From an uncultured Clostridia bacterium (GTDB taxonomy: Bacteria > Bacillota > Clostridia > TANB77 > CAG-508), in NCBI GenBank assembly GCA_948934525.1, contig CAQZSK010000001.1, positions 293,095-357,094 on the forward strand: 64,000 nucleotides of DNA, in the 5' to 3' direction. This document shows positions 41,400-52,428 of this stretch, one piece after another. The translations under genes were made by a program, and so were the position numbers. The notes beneath the pieces were generated by a model, which had not been told where the DNA came from, did no database searches, and was given only the letters and a program-made list of their open reading frames with translations. How positions within the stretch are numbered: the stretch's first letter is position 1; the number at the start of each line of letters is the position of its first letter.

Positions 41400-43560
41400 T
41401 ATTTACATTATTTTCCAATTCCAAAGTTAGAAATCCATTTATAAAGTTTTATCTTTGTCTAGCTAATAATCATCCACTCTATTATTGTCTTTTTGTGCAT
41501 TTATATTGTTATTATTACTCTTCTAGTTTCTCCTTACTTTTTTTCTCTTTTACTATTTCTTTTTTATCCATTCTTTTCTCACTTTATGTACACCTTTTCT
41601 CATCTTTTCATATGCTCTCATCTATTTGCTCTTCTCTTTTATTCCGAAGCATTTTATCAATTTTAAAAAATGAATTTTTACTATCTATTGCTCTTTATTC
41701 CTTTCAACTTTTTTTAACCCATTTTCTATTCTCCTATCTTTCTATAGCTTCGTTCTTTGATTTTGCCATTCCTTTTTGACAATTTTATTTATATAATTTA
41801 TCTATTACTATTCATCCATTTTAATACCTATTCTTTTTATTTTTTAATCTCCATCTCTTATTATAACTTTTCCAAATTTTCCTACCCTATGTCACTAATC
41901 AAATTGACAATTTATATTTTTTTGTTTTTTTATTTTCTTATTTCTTTATATTTATTATTCTTTTTACTTTAACTTTTCAATATTAATATCAATAATTATT
42001 TTCTCTATTTTTTCAATAAATAAATTATAGTACTATTTTTCATTCTTATCCTTTTTCAATCTTTTTTATCTTTTAATAACTTTTTTGTTTTTTATTTTTT
42101 TAATAAATTCTATCTTTAATAAATTTGTAATTTCTGTTTTTATAATTTATCTTTATTTTATCTTTTATATTTTATTTTTTTATTTTTTAATTTTCTATTT
42201 TCCATTTTTTTATTTTATAATTTGTCTCTTTTTCTATTTTCATTTTTTAATTTTTTAATTTTTTATATTTTGTCAAAAAGTCTATTGGCTATTTTCATAT
42301 TTTATTTCTATTTTCATTTTTAACCTTTATTTATTTTATTAATTTCTCAATTTTATATTTCTATCTTCTTTTTTATATCTTTTTACTTTTATCACTTTAT
42401 TATTTATTATATATTTTATTTTATAAAAACTAGCTTTATTTTTTTATTCTTTATTTTTTTCTTTATTAATTTACTTCTTGACTATTTTTTTATAACTTTA
42501 ATATTATATATTTTATTTTTTTAATAATTTTTCAACTTCACTCTTTTTATTTTCTCATCCTACTTATTATCAATTTTGCAATTTTTCTTTATTTTTTATT
42601 GTAAAAATCTTGCCTTTTTTATATTTGCATTAGAAACTCTTCTATCTATATTTTATGCCAAATATTTGTTTTTCTTTATTCTTTATCTTATCCTCCTACT
42701 ATAATTGTCTTTTAGTAACATATTCAAAACCAACTTACAATTATACTACTTAATCTTACTTTTCTCTTTAATATCATTTCAATTTTGCATCATCTTCTTC
42801 GTCATTATGTTAACATATTTTCATTTGTTTTCTCTTCGCGATAAATAGTCTCTTTCTCTCTATTCCGAAGTAAAAATAGCTTTCAATATATTCACATTTT
42901 TTTCCTATTCCATTACATATTTATCCTTATCTTTTTTCTTTCTTATGATATCATTCCCCTATTCTATCTTCTATGATGTCACATATTATATACTTTTTGA
43001 CAAGTTTACTTCTTGTCTTTTTCTCTCCTTTTTTGCTGTATTTCCCATCCATACTTTTTTACACTTTTACCAAAATACTTATTCTTCTTACATTTTTTTA
43101 TTTCATTGTATTATATCTTTTTTTATTTTCTTTTTTCTATTTTTTATATTATTTCTCTATATTATTTTTTATTTCTGCCTTTTCCGTTTCTATTTTCAAT
43201 TATCTTTCTTTTTTCATTTTCTATTACTATCTTTTTATTTTGATATTTGTTATAAATCCATTTTATATTCTTTAATTTTCATTTTTCTTTTTTCATCATT
43301 TTCTTTTTTATTCATTTCACTTTTTTCTTTTCTCTATTTCATTTCATTTTTTATATTTTTTAATTTTATCATTCTTTTTATTATTTTGTTCTTTATCCAC
43401 TTATTATTTATTTTATATTTTATTTTGTTTATCATTGTCTTTTTGTTTTACTTTTAGCTAAATTATTTTTATTATTTCTTCTTCCATCTTTTTACATTTT
43501 TTAATTATTATTTTATTATTTTTTTAATCTCCTTTGACTATGTTTGTGTTTTCTTCCTTA
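41400..43560. repeat. ~2.2 kb homopyrimidine (T/C on + strand) low-complexity tract, non-coding
   Basis: The plus strand is almost devoid of G and poor in A (e.g. ttttctattttcattttttaattttttaatttt...). The listed plus-strand ORFs are artefacts of stop-codon depletion, with products made only of F/L/I/S/Y. It sits where a VirB4 gene would be expected. Confidence 0.7.
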
Positions 43561-43625
43561 GTTTATTGTAAAATCTACAAAAAAATGATATAATCTGACA
43601 AATGATATTTATTGGAGGAATCCCT

Positions 43626-44600
43626 ATGAAATTAGAACAAAACGAGATATTGCCTATCTTTTCAAACACTACTTTACCAGATATTTTCTTTACAGAATAT
43701 CTTCCTGAAGCAGATGGAGACTTTATTAAAATCTATTTATATATTTTGTTTCTATCTAAATATGATAAAGACATAAAGGTAAATGACTTATGTAAAAAGT
43801 TAGGACTTCCTCTAAAAATTATTCAAGATGGTATGAAATATTGGGAAGAACAAGGAGTTCTTGCTAGAAAAAATACTGGATATGTTATTGTCAATTTACA
43901 AGAAAAAGAATTGCATCAATTATATAAACCAAAGGTTGCTTTATCAGCTGATCAAATTCAAAAGTCTGCTGAAAGTCAAAAGAAAGCTAAGACAATTGAA
44001 TATATTAATAATAGGTATTTTTCTGGTCTTATGCCGACCTCCTGGTATCCAGATATTGAACTTTGGTTTCAAAAATATAAATTTGAAGATGAAGTTATGG
44101 TTGCATTATTCGAATATTGCTTTAACAAATCTGCCCTTCATAAGAATTATGTACAAGCTGTTGCTGATGCTTGGGCAAAAAATCAAATTCAGAATTTTAA
44201 CGATTTAGACATATATTATGAAAAACAGGAAAAATTGACAAAACTAGCTAGTTTAGTCTCAAAAAAATTAGGTTTATCAAGACAATTATCACAATATGAA
44301 TATGCTTACTTAGAAAAATGGTTTATCGATTTTGGTTACTCTTTTGATATTATTGAAATTGCTTTAAAAAGAACTACTTCTAAAGTAAATCCAAGTTTTG
44401 ATTACATTGACAAATTATTATCAGATTGGCATGATAGAGGATTTACTTCTGCAGACCAAGTTAATAAATTCTTGACAGATATGAAACAAAAAAATAAAGA
44501 TATTAAGCAGTTAGAAAAGAAAACTGGTTTCCAAAAATATGAACAAAGATTTTATGATAACTTAAACTCACTATATGCCAATAAAAAAATGGAATCCTAA
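43626..44600 (+). CDS. DnaD/DnaB_2-domain replication initiation/membrane attachment protein
   Basis: Winged-helix N-terminus. C-terminal DnaD-like domain YEYAYLEKWFIDFGYSFDIIEIALKRT...IDKLLSDWHDRGFTS. RBS GGAGG before MKLEQN. Confidence 0.7.
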   Translation: MKLEQNEILPIFSNTTLPDIFFTEYLPEADGDFIKIYLYILFLSKYDKDIKVNDLCKKLGLPLKIIQDGMKYWEEQGVLARKNTGYVIVNLQEKELHQLYKPKVALSADQIQKSAESQKKAKTIEYINNRYFSGLMPTSWYPDIELWFQKYKFEDEVMVALFEYCFNKSALHKNYVQAVADAWAKNQIQNFNDLDIYYEKQEKLTKLASLVSKKLGLSRQLSQYEYAYLEKWFIDFGYSFDIIEIALKRTTSKVNPSFDYIDKLLSDWHDRGFTSADQVNKFLTDMKQKNKDIKQLEKKTGFQKYEQRFYDNLNSLYANKKMES

Positions 44601-44612
44601 TAGGAGGTTATT

Positions 44613-45611
44613 TTGAATAATACTACTTTAAAAGCTTTGTTAATAGAATATGATAAAAAAAGAAAAAAAGCTGAGGAAATTGCTTTAAATAATAGAGAAA
44701 ACTTATATCAGAATTTTCCTGAACTTGCTGACATTGATAGAAAAATTAATTCTTTAGCACTATCTTCTCTGAAAGAAATAGCATTAAATGGCAATCAAAA
44801 ATTGACTGAAGAATTTAATATACAAATGACATTATTAAAAAAAGAGAAAGAAAGATTATTAAATTTGACTGGTGAAAAAGCAACTTCTATATTACCACAT
44901 TATGAATGCTCCTATTGTCAAGATACAGGATATATTACTCAACATAATCAAACACAAATGTGTAATTGCTTAAAACAAAAAATTTATGATATAGAATATA
45001 ACAAGTCCAATATGAATTCTTTAGAAAAGCAAAACTTTGATAGTTTTAATATACAACTCTATTCTACAAAACCAAATCCAGAGAAATACCAATCAGATAT
45101 TTCTCCACAAGAAAACATCAAACTTATTTTAGATATTTGCCAAAATTTTGTAAAAACTTTTGATAATATAGAGGAAAAAAACTTACTATTTACAGGTAAA
45201 ACAGGATTAGGAAAAACTTTTTTATCTAGTTGTATTGCAAATGAATTACTAAATCAAGGAAAAACTATTTTATATCAAACAGCCTCTGCTATGTTAGACA
45301 CTATTATAGACTATCGTTTTGGAAAAGCAAATAGTTCTAAAGATATTTATGACTATTTATTGAATGTAGATTTATTAATTATTGATGATTTAGGAACAGA
45401 AGGTACTAACCAAATGAAGTTAGTAGAACTTTTTAATATTATTAACTCTAGATTACTAAACTCTAAAAAGGTAACTAAAACTATTATATCTACTAACTTA
45501 AGCTTACAAGCTTTATTTGAAAACTATGATGAAAGAATTGTTTCTAGATTAGTAGGAAATTATGATATCTGCTATTTCTTTGGAGAAGATATTAGATTTA
45601 TTCAAAAATAA
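44613..45611 (+). CDS. DnaI/DnaC-like helicase loader (AAA+), TTG start
   Basis: N-terminal Zn-binding CSYCQDTGY...CNC. Walker A LLFTGKTGLGKTFLS. Walker B LLIIDDLGTE. RBS taGGAGGt 7 nt before TTG. Confidence 0.75.
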   Translation: MNNTTLKALLIEYDKKRKKAEEIALNNRENLYQNFPELADIDRKINSLALSSLKEIALNGNQKLTEEFNIQMTLLKKEKERLLNLTGEKATSILPHYECSYCQDTGYITQHNQTQMCNCLKQKIYDIEYNKSNMNSLEKQNFDSFNIQLYSTKPNPEKYQSDISPQENIKLILDICQNFVKTFDNIEEKNLLFTGKTGLGKTFLSSCIANELLNQGKTILYQTASAMLDTIIDYRFGKANSSKDIYDYLLNVDLLIIDDLGTEGTNQMKLVELFNIINSRLLNSKKVTKTIISTNLSLQALFENYDERIVSRLVGNYDICYFFGEDIRFIQK

Positions 45612-45660
45612 TATATTGATAAGTAAAAATTCCAGCAAAGATTGCTGGAATTTTTATTCT

Positions 45661-48126
45661 CTATTCTTGTTCTATTGGTTCATTTTCTTCTGGATTAATG
45701 GTTTCAATACTAACCACTCTACCTTCATTCGTTCTCATTAGTGTAACACCTTGTGTTGCTCTTCCTAAAATGCTAATATCTTTTATACGAAGTCTAATAA
45801 TGGTTCCATTTTCAGTAATCAACATAACATCTTCATTATCAGTTGCTACACGAATACCTACTATGTTTCCTGTCTTTGGTGTAATCTTGTAAGTCATTAC
45901 ACCCTTTCCACCTCTAGTTTGAACTCTATATTCCTCTAACTCTGTCCTCTTTCCAAATCCATTTTCAGTAATAGCAAGTAATGTAGCATTTGTGTTTCCT
46001 TCTATAATAGATTCCATTCCAATAACAAAATCATCATCATTTAAACGTATTCCTATAACCCCTTGTGCAGTTCTTCCCATTGGTCTTACATCTTTTTCAC
46101 TGAAAGTAATACAAATTCCTTGACTAGTTACTAAAACTACATTGTCTTGTCCATCCGTTAAACGAACATCAATTAATTCATCATCTTCTCTTAATGTAAT
46201 AGATAGTAAACCTGTCTTTCTGCTAGAATCATATTCATTTAATGGCGTCTTTTTGATAAATCCTTGCTTTGTTCCCATTAATAAATATTTTCCATCTGCA
46301 AAATTAGAAATTGGAATTACTGCAGAAATCTTCTCGCCCGCATCTAGTCTTAACAAGTTAACAATTGCAGTACCTTTTGCAGTTCTTCCTGCTTCTGGAA
46401 TCTCATATCCTCTTAAACGATATAATTTCCCTTTATTGCTAAAGAATAATAATGTATCATGAGTAGAAGCTGTAAAAATTTGCTTTACAAAATCATTTTC
46501 TCTTGTTGCCAATCCTGTAATTCCCTTTCCTCCACGATTTTGGCTCTTATAAGTATCTACTGGCATCCTCTTTACATAACCAAAATGTGTTAAAGTAATA
46601 ACAGTCTGTTCTTCCTTTACTAAATCTTCAATATCAATTTCGCCTTCTGCTGCAACAATTTTAGTTAATCTTTCATTTCCATATTTTTGCTTAATTTCTA
46701 ATAGCTCTTCTTTGATAACATCATAAAGTAATTTTTCACTAGATAAAATTTCTCTTAAATGTGCAATTAACTTCATTAATTCATTATATTCTTCGTCAAT
46801 TTTCTCTCTTTGTAAACCTGATAACGTTTTTAATCTCATATCAAGAATAGATTGTGCTTGAATTTCTGAAAGCTTAAATCTCTCCATTAACCTTTCTTTT
46901 GCATCATCATAAGAATTTCGAATAATTTCAATTACTTCGTCAATGTTATCTAATGCAATTTTTAATCCTTCTAAAATATGTGCTCTAGCTAATGCTTTAT
47001 CTAATTCAAATTGTGTTCTACGAAGGATAACTGTCTTTCTATGATCAATATAATGATCCAAACATTGTCTTAGTGTTAAAATTTTTGGTTGACCATCTAC
47101 TAATGCAAGTATAATGATACCAAATGTATCTTGTAATTGTGTATGTTTATATAATTGATTTAAAATGACTTGTGCATTGACATCTCTTTTTAATTCAATA
47201 ACAATTCTTACTCTTGACTCTCTATCAGATTCATCTCTAATTTCAGAAATACCCTCAACTCTTTTTTCTTTTACCAAATTAGCCATATTTTCAATTAATT
47301 TAGCTTTGTTTACCTGATATGGAAGAGAATTTACAATAATTCTTTGTTTATTATTACTCATCTCTTCAATTTCACATTCGCCACGAACTGTAATCTTTCC
47401 TCTTCCTGTTGTATATGCTTGTCTAATTCCTTCTAACCCTAAAATAACCCCTTCTGTTGGAAAATCTGGTCCTTTAATTACTTCCATTAATTGCTCATCT
47501 GTTACATCATCTTCATCAATGATTTTAATAATTCCGTTAATAATCTCTGTTAAGTTATGTGGTGGAATATTTGTTGCCATTCCTACTGCAATTCCTGAAG
47601 AACCATTAATTAGTAATGTAGGTATTTTAGAAGGAAGTACTGTTGGCTCTTGTAAACGGTCATCATAGTTTGGCATAAAATCTACTGTGTTTTTTTCTAT
47701 ATCAGTCAGCATTGTTTCTGCAATTTTTGCCATTCTTGCCTCTGTGTACCTCATAGCTGCTGCTGGATCACCATCAATTGAACCAAAGTTACCATGTCCA
47801 TCAATCAAAGGATATCTTTGTGTAAAGTCTTGTGCTAATCTAACCATTGCATCATATACTGAAGCATCTCCATGTGGATGGTATCTACCTAAAACAGAAC
47901 CTACTGTATTAGCACATTTTCTATATGGCTTGTCAGAAGTAATTCCGTCTTCATACATAGCATATAAAATTCTTCTATGTACAGGTTTTAATCCATCTCT
48001 TACATCTGGAAGTGCTCTTGCTACAATAACGCTCATCGCATAATCAATATAGGCTGTACGCATCTCTTTTTCAATGTCACGCTCTATAATTTTTCCGTCG
48101 TTTCTTTTTTCGTTATTTTCGTCCAT
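45661..48126 (-). CDS. gyrA: DNA gyrase subunit A
   Basis: AMSVIVARALPDVRDGLKPVHRR, YHPHGD, catalytic Tyr region, C-terminal beta-pinwheel repeats. Confidence 0.95.
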   Translation of the reverse strand: MDENNEKRNDGKIIERDIEKEMRTAYIDYAMSVIVARALPDVRDGLKPVHRRILYAMYEDGITSDKPYRKCANTVGSVLGRYHPHGDASVYDAMVRLAQDFTQRYPLIDGHGNFGSIDGDPAAAMRYTEARMAKIAETMLTDIEKNTVDFMPNYDDRLQEPTVLPSKIPTLLINGSSGIAVGMATNIPPHNLTEIINGIIKIIDEDDVTDEQLMEVIKGPDFPTEGVILGLEGIRQAYTTGRGKITVRGECEIEEMSNNKQRIIVNSLPYQVNKAKLIENMANLVKEKRVEGISEIRDESDRESRVRIVIELKRDVNAQVILNQLYKHTQLQDTFGIIILALVDGQPKILTLRQCLDHYIDHRKTVILRRTQFELDKALARAHILEGLKIALDNIDEVIEIIRNSYDDAKERLMERFKLSEIQAQSILDMRLKTLSGLQREKIDEEYNELMKLIAHLREILSSEKLLYDVIKEELLEIKQKYGNERLTKIVAAEGEIDIEDLVKEEQTVITLTHFGYVKRMPVDTYKSQNRGGKGITGLATRENDFVKQIFTASTHDTLLFFSNKGKLYRLRGYEIPEAGRTAKGTAIVNLLRLDAGEKISAVIPISNFADGKYLLMGTKQGFIKKTPLNEYDSSRKTGLLSITLREDDELIDVRLTDGQDNVVLVTSQGICITFSEKDVRPMGRTAQGVIGIRLNDDDFVIGMESIIEGNTNATLLAITENGFGKRTELEEYRVQTRGGKGVMTYKITPKTGNIVGIRVATDNEDVMLITENGTIIRLRIKDISILGRATQGVTLMRTNEGRVVSIETINPEENEPIEQE

Positions 48127-48472
48127 TGTTCTTGTCCTTTCTTCTTAGGAATTTCCTGCTGTAAATGCATTATCTTCCCAATTTTTATTCCATTTGTATT
48201 ATACTAAAACAGTCAAAAATATGCAAGCAAAAAACAAGAAAAAAAGCAAGAAAAATCAAGTATTTTCCCTACTTTTTATTTTGAAATCAAAAATTATTTT
48301 TACTATTTTTATTCTCTAAATTTTTTTAATACGAATTATTAAAATGCTCTCTTAGATTATAAAAATGTGACTAATAAATATTTAGAAAATGAAATAGATT
48401 ATTTCATTAGAATTAAAATTTATTTAAATTGAAATAATTTAAATATCAAATTAATATTAGTTATATTCTCTT

Positions 48473-49216
48473 CTATTTAGTCAATATACCTGCTAATGCC
48501 AATTGTTCTTGTGTTAAATTAAAATTTTGTCCATTATTCTTAATCAACATATGTAAATTTTCTATTTCTCGTGCTTGTTTTAAAGTTTTCTCTATTGGTA
48601 GTACTTCTTTTAATCTATCTTTTATTTTCTGATACTCTTTTTCCATTCCTTCAAAATTTTGCGATTGAAAATAATTTTTCCAATTATTTTCATATTTTCC
48701 TAATTTTTCAATACAATTTAATTGTCCTACAAACTCAGTCTCTATATTATTACTTACATTGTCTAAAATAACATTCTTTCCTTGCCTAATTACATTAGTA
48801 ATTTCTTTTGATACCCAGCCTTGTTTACTCGTAAAGGAAAGTGCTGTATCTAAAGCATCGGATATACCATCAATAATTCCTCCATTTTTCACTGCATTTT
48901 GTGCTTGTGAAACACTTTCAAATTTTCCTGTAAAAACTCCTGTTACACTTTTTCCTAATTCTACTGCACTATCAATTGCTTTATCAATTCCTTCTTTTAA
49001 TCCTCCTCTAATTAAACTATTTTTTACATCAATTATTTGATTCTCTACAAAATCAGGCAATACCCATCTAAGTCCCAAATCAATAGCAGTGTTTACTACT
49101 TTTCCCAATGTTGTATCTAAAAAGTTCTTTTGTTCATTGGCAGTCACTAATTCTTGTCTATCTTCATTTCGACCTTGTTCCAATATATTATTTTTCTCTG
49201 TTAAGATTTCTTCCAT
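48473..49216 (-). CDS. hypothetical soluble protein (last gene of inserted operon)
   Basis: 247 aa, no TM, no recognisable motifs. Strong RBS AAGGAGGAAATT. 16-nt overlap with the upstream gene. Confidence 0.45.
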   Translation of the reverse strand: MEEILTEKNNILEQGRNEDRQELVTANEQKNFLDTTLGKVVNTAIDLGLRWVLPDFVENQIIDVKNSLIRGGLKEGIDKAIDSAVELGKSVTGVFTGKFESVSQAQNAVKNGGIIDGISDALDTALSFTSKQGWVSKEITNVIRQGKNVILDNVSNNIETEFVGQLNCIEKLGKYENNWKNYFQSQNFEGMEKEYQKIKDRLKEVLPIEKTLKQAREIENLHMLIKNNGQNFNLTQEQLALAGILTK

Positions 49217-50496
49217 AATTTCCTCCTTACTTTTCCTCCTATTGTTTCATTTTTTGATAGCTTTCCGAAAACATTACAATACTCCTTTTGTAATTCTTTC
49301 TTCAAATATCCAGTATGATTGCTATTGATTAATAAATTATATTGTGAACTATTAGAGAGTTTTCCCAAGATAGAAAAACCACTAAAAACGTTTCTTAAAA
49401 TAGAACTATCTATTGAATTTTCGTCATATTTATTAAACAAAATATGAAAATCGCTCTTTAAAAATCCCCACTGATTGATATAAATATTTAATAATTTCTT
49501 TGATTTTTTTATTTCTAACAAATTGGGCTCTATCATAAAAATATTAATATTACTATTTTTCATAATTTCTTTTGTATAATCTAGAAAACATTCTGAAGAA
49601 GTATCAATAATAATAACATCATATTTTTCTTTCAATTTTGATAGAATGTTTTTTATCTTTACTTTACTAATTTGATATTGACTATCAAATAACAAACTAA
49701 TTCCTGCAATTAAATCCTCCTTGCTATTTATTTTGATAATTAATTCTTCCACTTGCAATGGCTCTAATAAATTATTGGCTTTTATTTTATCTGCTATCTT
49801 CTGAGGATATTTTTTAATTCCTAAAATAGTATGCAAGCTATTATTTAGCACATCAAAATCAATAATTAAAATCTTATTTTTATTTTCCATAAATGCTTTG
49901 GCTAAATTAACTGAAAAAATGCTTTTTCCTACTCCACTTGTCCCACTTACACAAATTATTTTTCTTTGTTTTTCTTCAGTTGTTATTTCTTCTTTTTTGT
50001 TTAACTGCATTGTTAATAATCGTCTATTCCTTACCTTCTCATTCTTTCTTTTTAAAAATTCCTTTATCCTTGTTTGATCACTTTCTTTTTCTATTACAAA
50101 TTGTTTTAGTTCTTCTAATTCTTTTTTTAATTCCCTATTTTCATTCTCTGCTTTGATCAATTCAATAATTTTTGAAATTTCAATTTGATTATCATAAAAA
50201 ATAGAGTAAATTCCCTTCGCATATAAATAGTTTTCCAATTCTTGATTTTTCTTTTCTAAAAACAAAATAATTTGTATATTAGAATTAATTCCTTTTATTT
50301 TTTCAATTAATTCTTTTAGTTCTATTTCTCCTGGTAGTAATTCACTTAAAATTAAAAGATCAATTTGCTTATTTTCTAAAATTTCTATAATTCCTTCTTT
50401 ATATGGAATATCATCTGCAAAAATCTCAAAAGTGTTTTCTTTCCTCAATTTTTGATTTAAATCTTGATTACCAATTGCTGTCATGATTTTCTTCAT
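49201..50496 (-). CDS. pseudo-receiver + ParA/MinD-like P-loop ATPase (CpaE/TadZ-like architecture)
   Basis: N-terminal receiver-like fold (IMTAIGNQD...IDLLILSELLPGE) without a canonical phospho-Asp context. Coiled coil. Deviant Walker A ICVSGTSGVGKS. Start taken at MKKIM with RBS AAGGGGAAG. Confidence 0.55.
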   Translation of the reverse strand: MKKIMTAIGNQDLNQKLRKENTFEIFADDIPYKEGIIEILENKQIDLLILSELLPGEIELKELIEKIKGINSNIQIILFLEKKNQELENYLYAKGIYSIFYDNQIEISKIIELIKAENENRELKKELEELKQFVIEKESDQTRIKEFLKRKNEKVRNRRLLTMQLNKKEEITTEEKQRKIICVSGTSGVGKSIFSVNLAKAFMENKNKILIIDFDVLNNSLHTILGIKKYPQKIADKIKANNLLEPLQVEELIIKINSKEDLIAGISLLFDSQYQISKVKIKNILSKLKEKYDVIIIDTSSECFLDYTKEIMKNSNINIFMIEPNLLEIKKSKKLLNIYINQWGFLKSDFHILFNKYDENSIDSSILRNVFSGFSILGKLSNSSQYNLLINSNHTGYLKKELQKEYCNVFGKLSKNETIGGKVRRKLWKKS

Positions 50497-50545
50497 TTTC
50501 TTCCCCTTTTCTTTCTTCTTTTTCTCCTTCCTTTGTTTCTTGTTT

Positions 50546-52261
50546 TTATATTTCTCCTTGAATAATTTTTTGTTCAAAATCTGCTACTTCTATCTTAGTT
50601 AAAATATGTTCTCCTCCTATAAACATCAAACATTCTCCTCTTTTTAGTGACTTAATTTCTACCTTTTCTTTTTCTGATAAATTTGTATATTGTTCTAATA
50701 CTTTAATATTTTCTTCTTCCAAAGAGAAAAAAGTCTTTATTTCTGAGTTATTTAAAATACTTTTTCCATAAATTCCATTTTCCAAACTAAACAGATCTGA
50801 TATATCCTGTGTAATTGCTACACTACTTCCTCCATATTTTCGAATAGTTTTGAAAATTTTATAAATAAAACTCGCTACTTCTTTGTTAGATGTTACACCT
50901 ATTAATCTCCAAATTTCATCTAGGTAAATTGCTTTTCTCTGGTTTCTGTCTTTTTTTATCTTATCCCAAAATAAATCAATGAATAAATACATTCCATATT
51001 TTAGGTTTTCTTCTCCAAGCTCGTAAACATCTGCTACAATAAGTTGGTTTGTTAGTTCTATATTTGTATAATGATTGAAAAAATTTAAGGAACCTTTTAC
51101 AAAAGGAATCAATTTGATTTGAAATTTTTTAGTTCTTTCTTCTTTTCCTAATAATTCATAAAACTCTTCCAAAATAGGCATATCGTAAGTATTCTTAAAA
51201 ACTGGCTTTAATATTACTTTACTTTCTTCTTTTTTATATAAAGTGTTATCATCAAAAGTAATTTCTTTTTCTTGATATAACTCTATTAACTTTTCCTCTA
51301 AAATAGCCTTTTCTTCTTCATCTAAATTCCCAAAAATCAAATTAAAAAATCCAATTAACTTACTAATTTTGTTAGCTAAATATCCATTTTCTTCTTCTAT
51401 ACTCTCTTGTCTAATATCGAATACATTAATGTATGTACTTGAACTTGGACCTAATTTTAACATAGTTCCATTGACAGCTTCACATAAATCACCATATTCT
51501 CTGTCTGGATCAATTACATATTGCTCTATTCCTATTAAACGGTTTCTTAAAATTAATAACTTCGTATAAAAAGATTTTCCTGCTCCACTTGTTCCAAAAA
51601 TACACATATTAGCATTTTTATATTTTTGTGAATGATACCTATCTAAAAATACTAGTGAGTTATTATAAATATTAGTACCAATGAAAATTCCTTCTTCATC
51701 AAAAATAGCGGACGAAATAAATGGATATGTCGCAACTAATCCACTGGTTAAAACATTTCTTTTAGCTGCTGGTTTTAAATCTAAAGAGTTATGCATAATT
51801 GGAAGAGATGATAAAAATGCTTGCTCTTGTCTAAAATATGCTCTTCTTGTTTGCATTCCTTTACTTTGTAAAATCCCCTCTAATTTGTTCAGCAAATATT
51901 CTAAATTTTTTATATTACTAGCAAATGTAGTAACATATATATAAAGAAAATATAACTCCTCATTATTTACTTGCATTTCTTTTCGAATATATTTTGCATC
52001 ATTATAGGTAAATTCTGCAATATCAATATCTTGTCTATTTGGATTGTTGGTTTTTAAATCTACACCTACATTTCCAATATGATATGTTAAATCTCGAATG
52101 GTTTTATATGTATCCTGTTTTTCATAGAAAATAGAAATATTTAAATTAATATTGGTATCAATAATAGATTTTAAAATTAATTCTGTTTGTTCTCGAAAAT
52201 AATTGACAATAATTAAAGTAGAATAATAATTGTTATCGATTTCAATATATTTTGGATTCAT
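50546..52261 (-). CDS. VirB4/TrbE-family (HerA-FtsK superfamily) ATPase, intact, 571 aa
   Basis: Walker A CIFGTSGAGKSFYTKLL. Walker B IYLDEIWRL (DEAW-like). VAITQD motif. Collinear homology with the fragmented ATPase at 1-1448. Confidence 0.65.
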   Translation of the reverse strand: MNPKYIEIDNNYYSTLIIVNYFREQTELILKSIIDTNINLNISIFYEKQDTYKTIRDLTYHIGNVGVDLKTNNPNRQDIDIAEFTYNDAKYIRKEMQVNNEELYFLYIYVTTFASNIKNLEYLLNKLEGILQSKGMQTRRAYFRQEQAFLSSLPIMHNSLDLKPAAKRNVLTSGLVATYPFISSAIFDEEGIFIGTNIYNNSLVFLDRYHSQKYKNANMCIFGTSGAGKSFYTKLLILRNRLIGIEQYVIDPDREYGDLCEAVNGTMLKLGPSSSTYINVFDIRQESIEEENGYLANKISKLIGFFNLIFGNLDEEEKAILEEKLIELYQEKEITFDDNTLYKKEESKVILKPVFKNTYDMPILEEFYELLGKEERTKKFQIKLIPFVKGSLNFFNHYTNIELTNQLIVADVYELGEENLKYGMYLFIDLFWDKIKKDRNQRKAIYLDEIWRLIGVTSNKEVASFIYKIFKTIRKYGGSSVAITQDISDLFSLENGIYGKSILNNSEIKTFFSLEEENIKVLEQYTNLSEKEKVEIKSLKRGECLMFIGGEHILTKIEVADFEQKIIQGEI

Positions 52262-52428
52262 TAAATTAATATAAGCAGGAGCAATTTTATCCTTCTGTAT
52301 TATCGCTCCATCTAAAAAATTTATTGTTTGTTTTGGTTCTGACTTAATTGAAGTAATCTGTTTTTGTATTTCTTGTAATATTTTAAAAATATCCTCACCC
52401 TCTTTTTGTTCTAGTCAAAACAGCTTTT

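Noticed and set aside
41495-43457. Plus-strand ORFs of 71-170 aa inside the homopyrimidine tract (41495-41779, 41757-41972, 42945-43457, 42973-43275, 43013-43243)
   Set aside because: Their products consist only of F/L/I/S/Y/H with no charged residues. Several overlap each other in all three frames. They exist only because the T/C-only strand cannot form stop codons.
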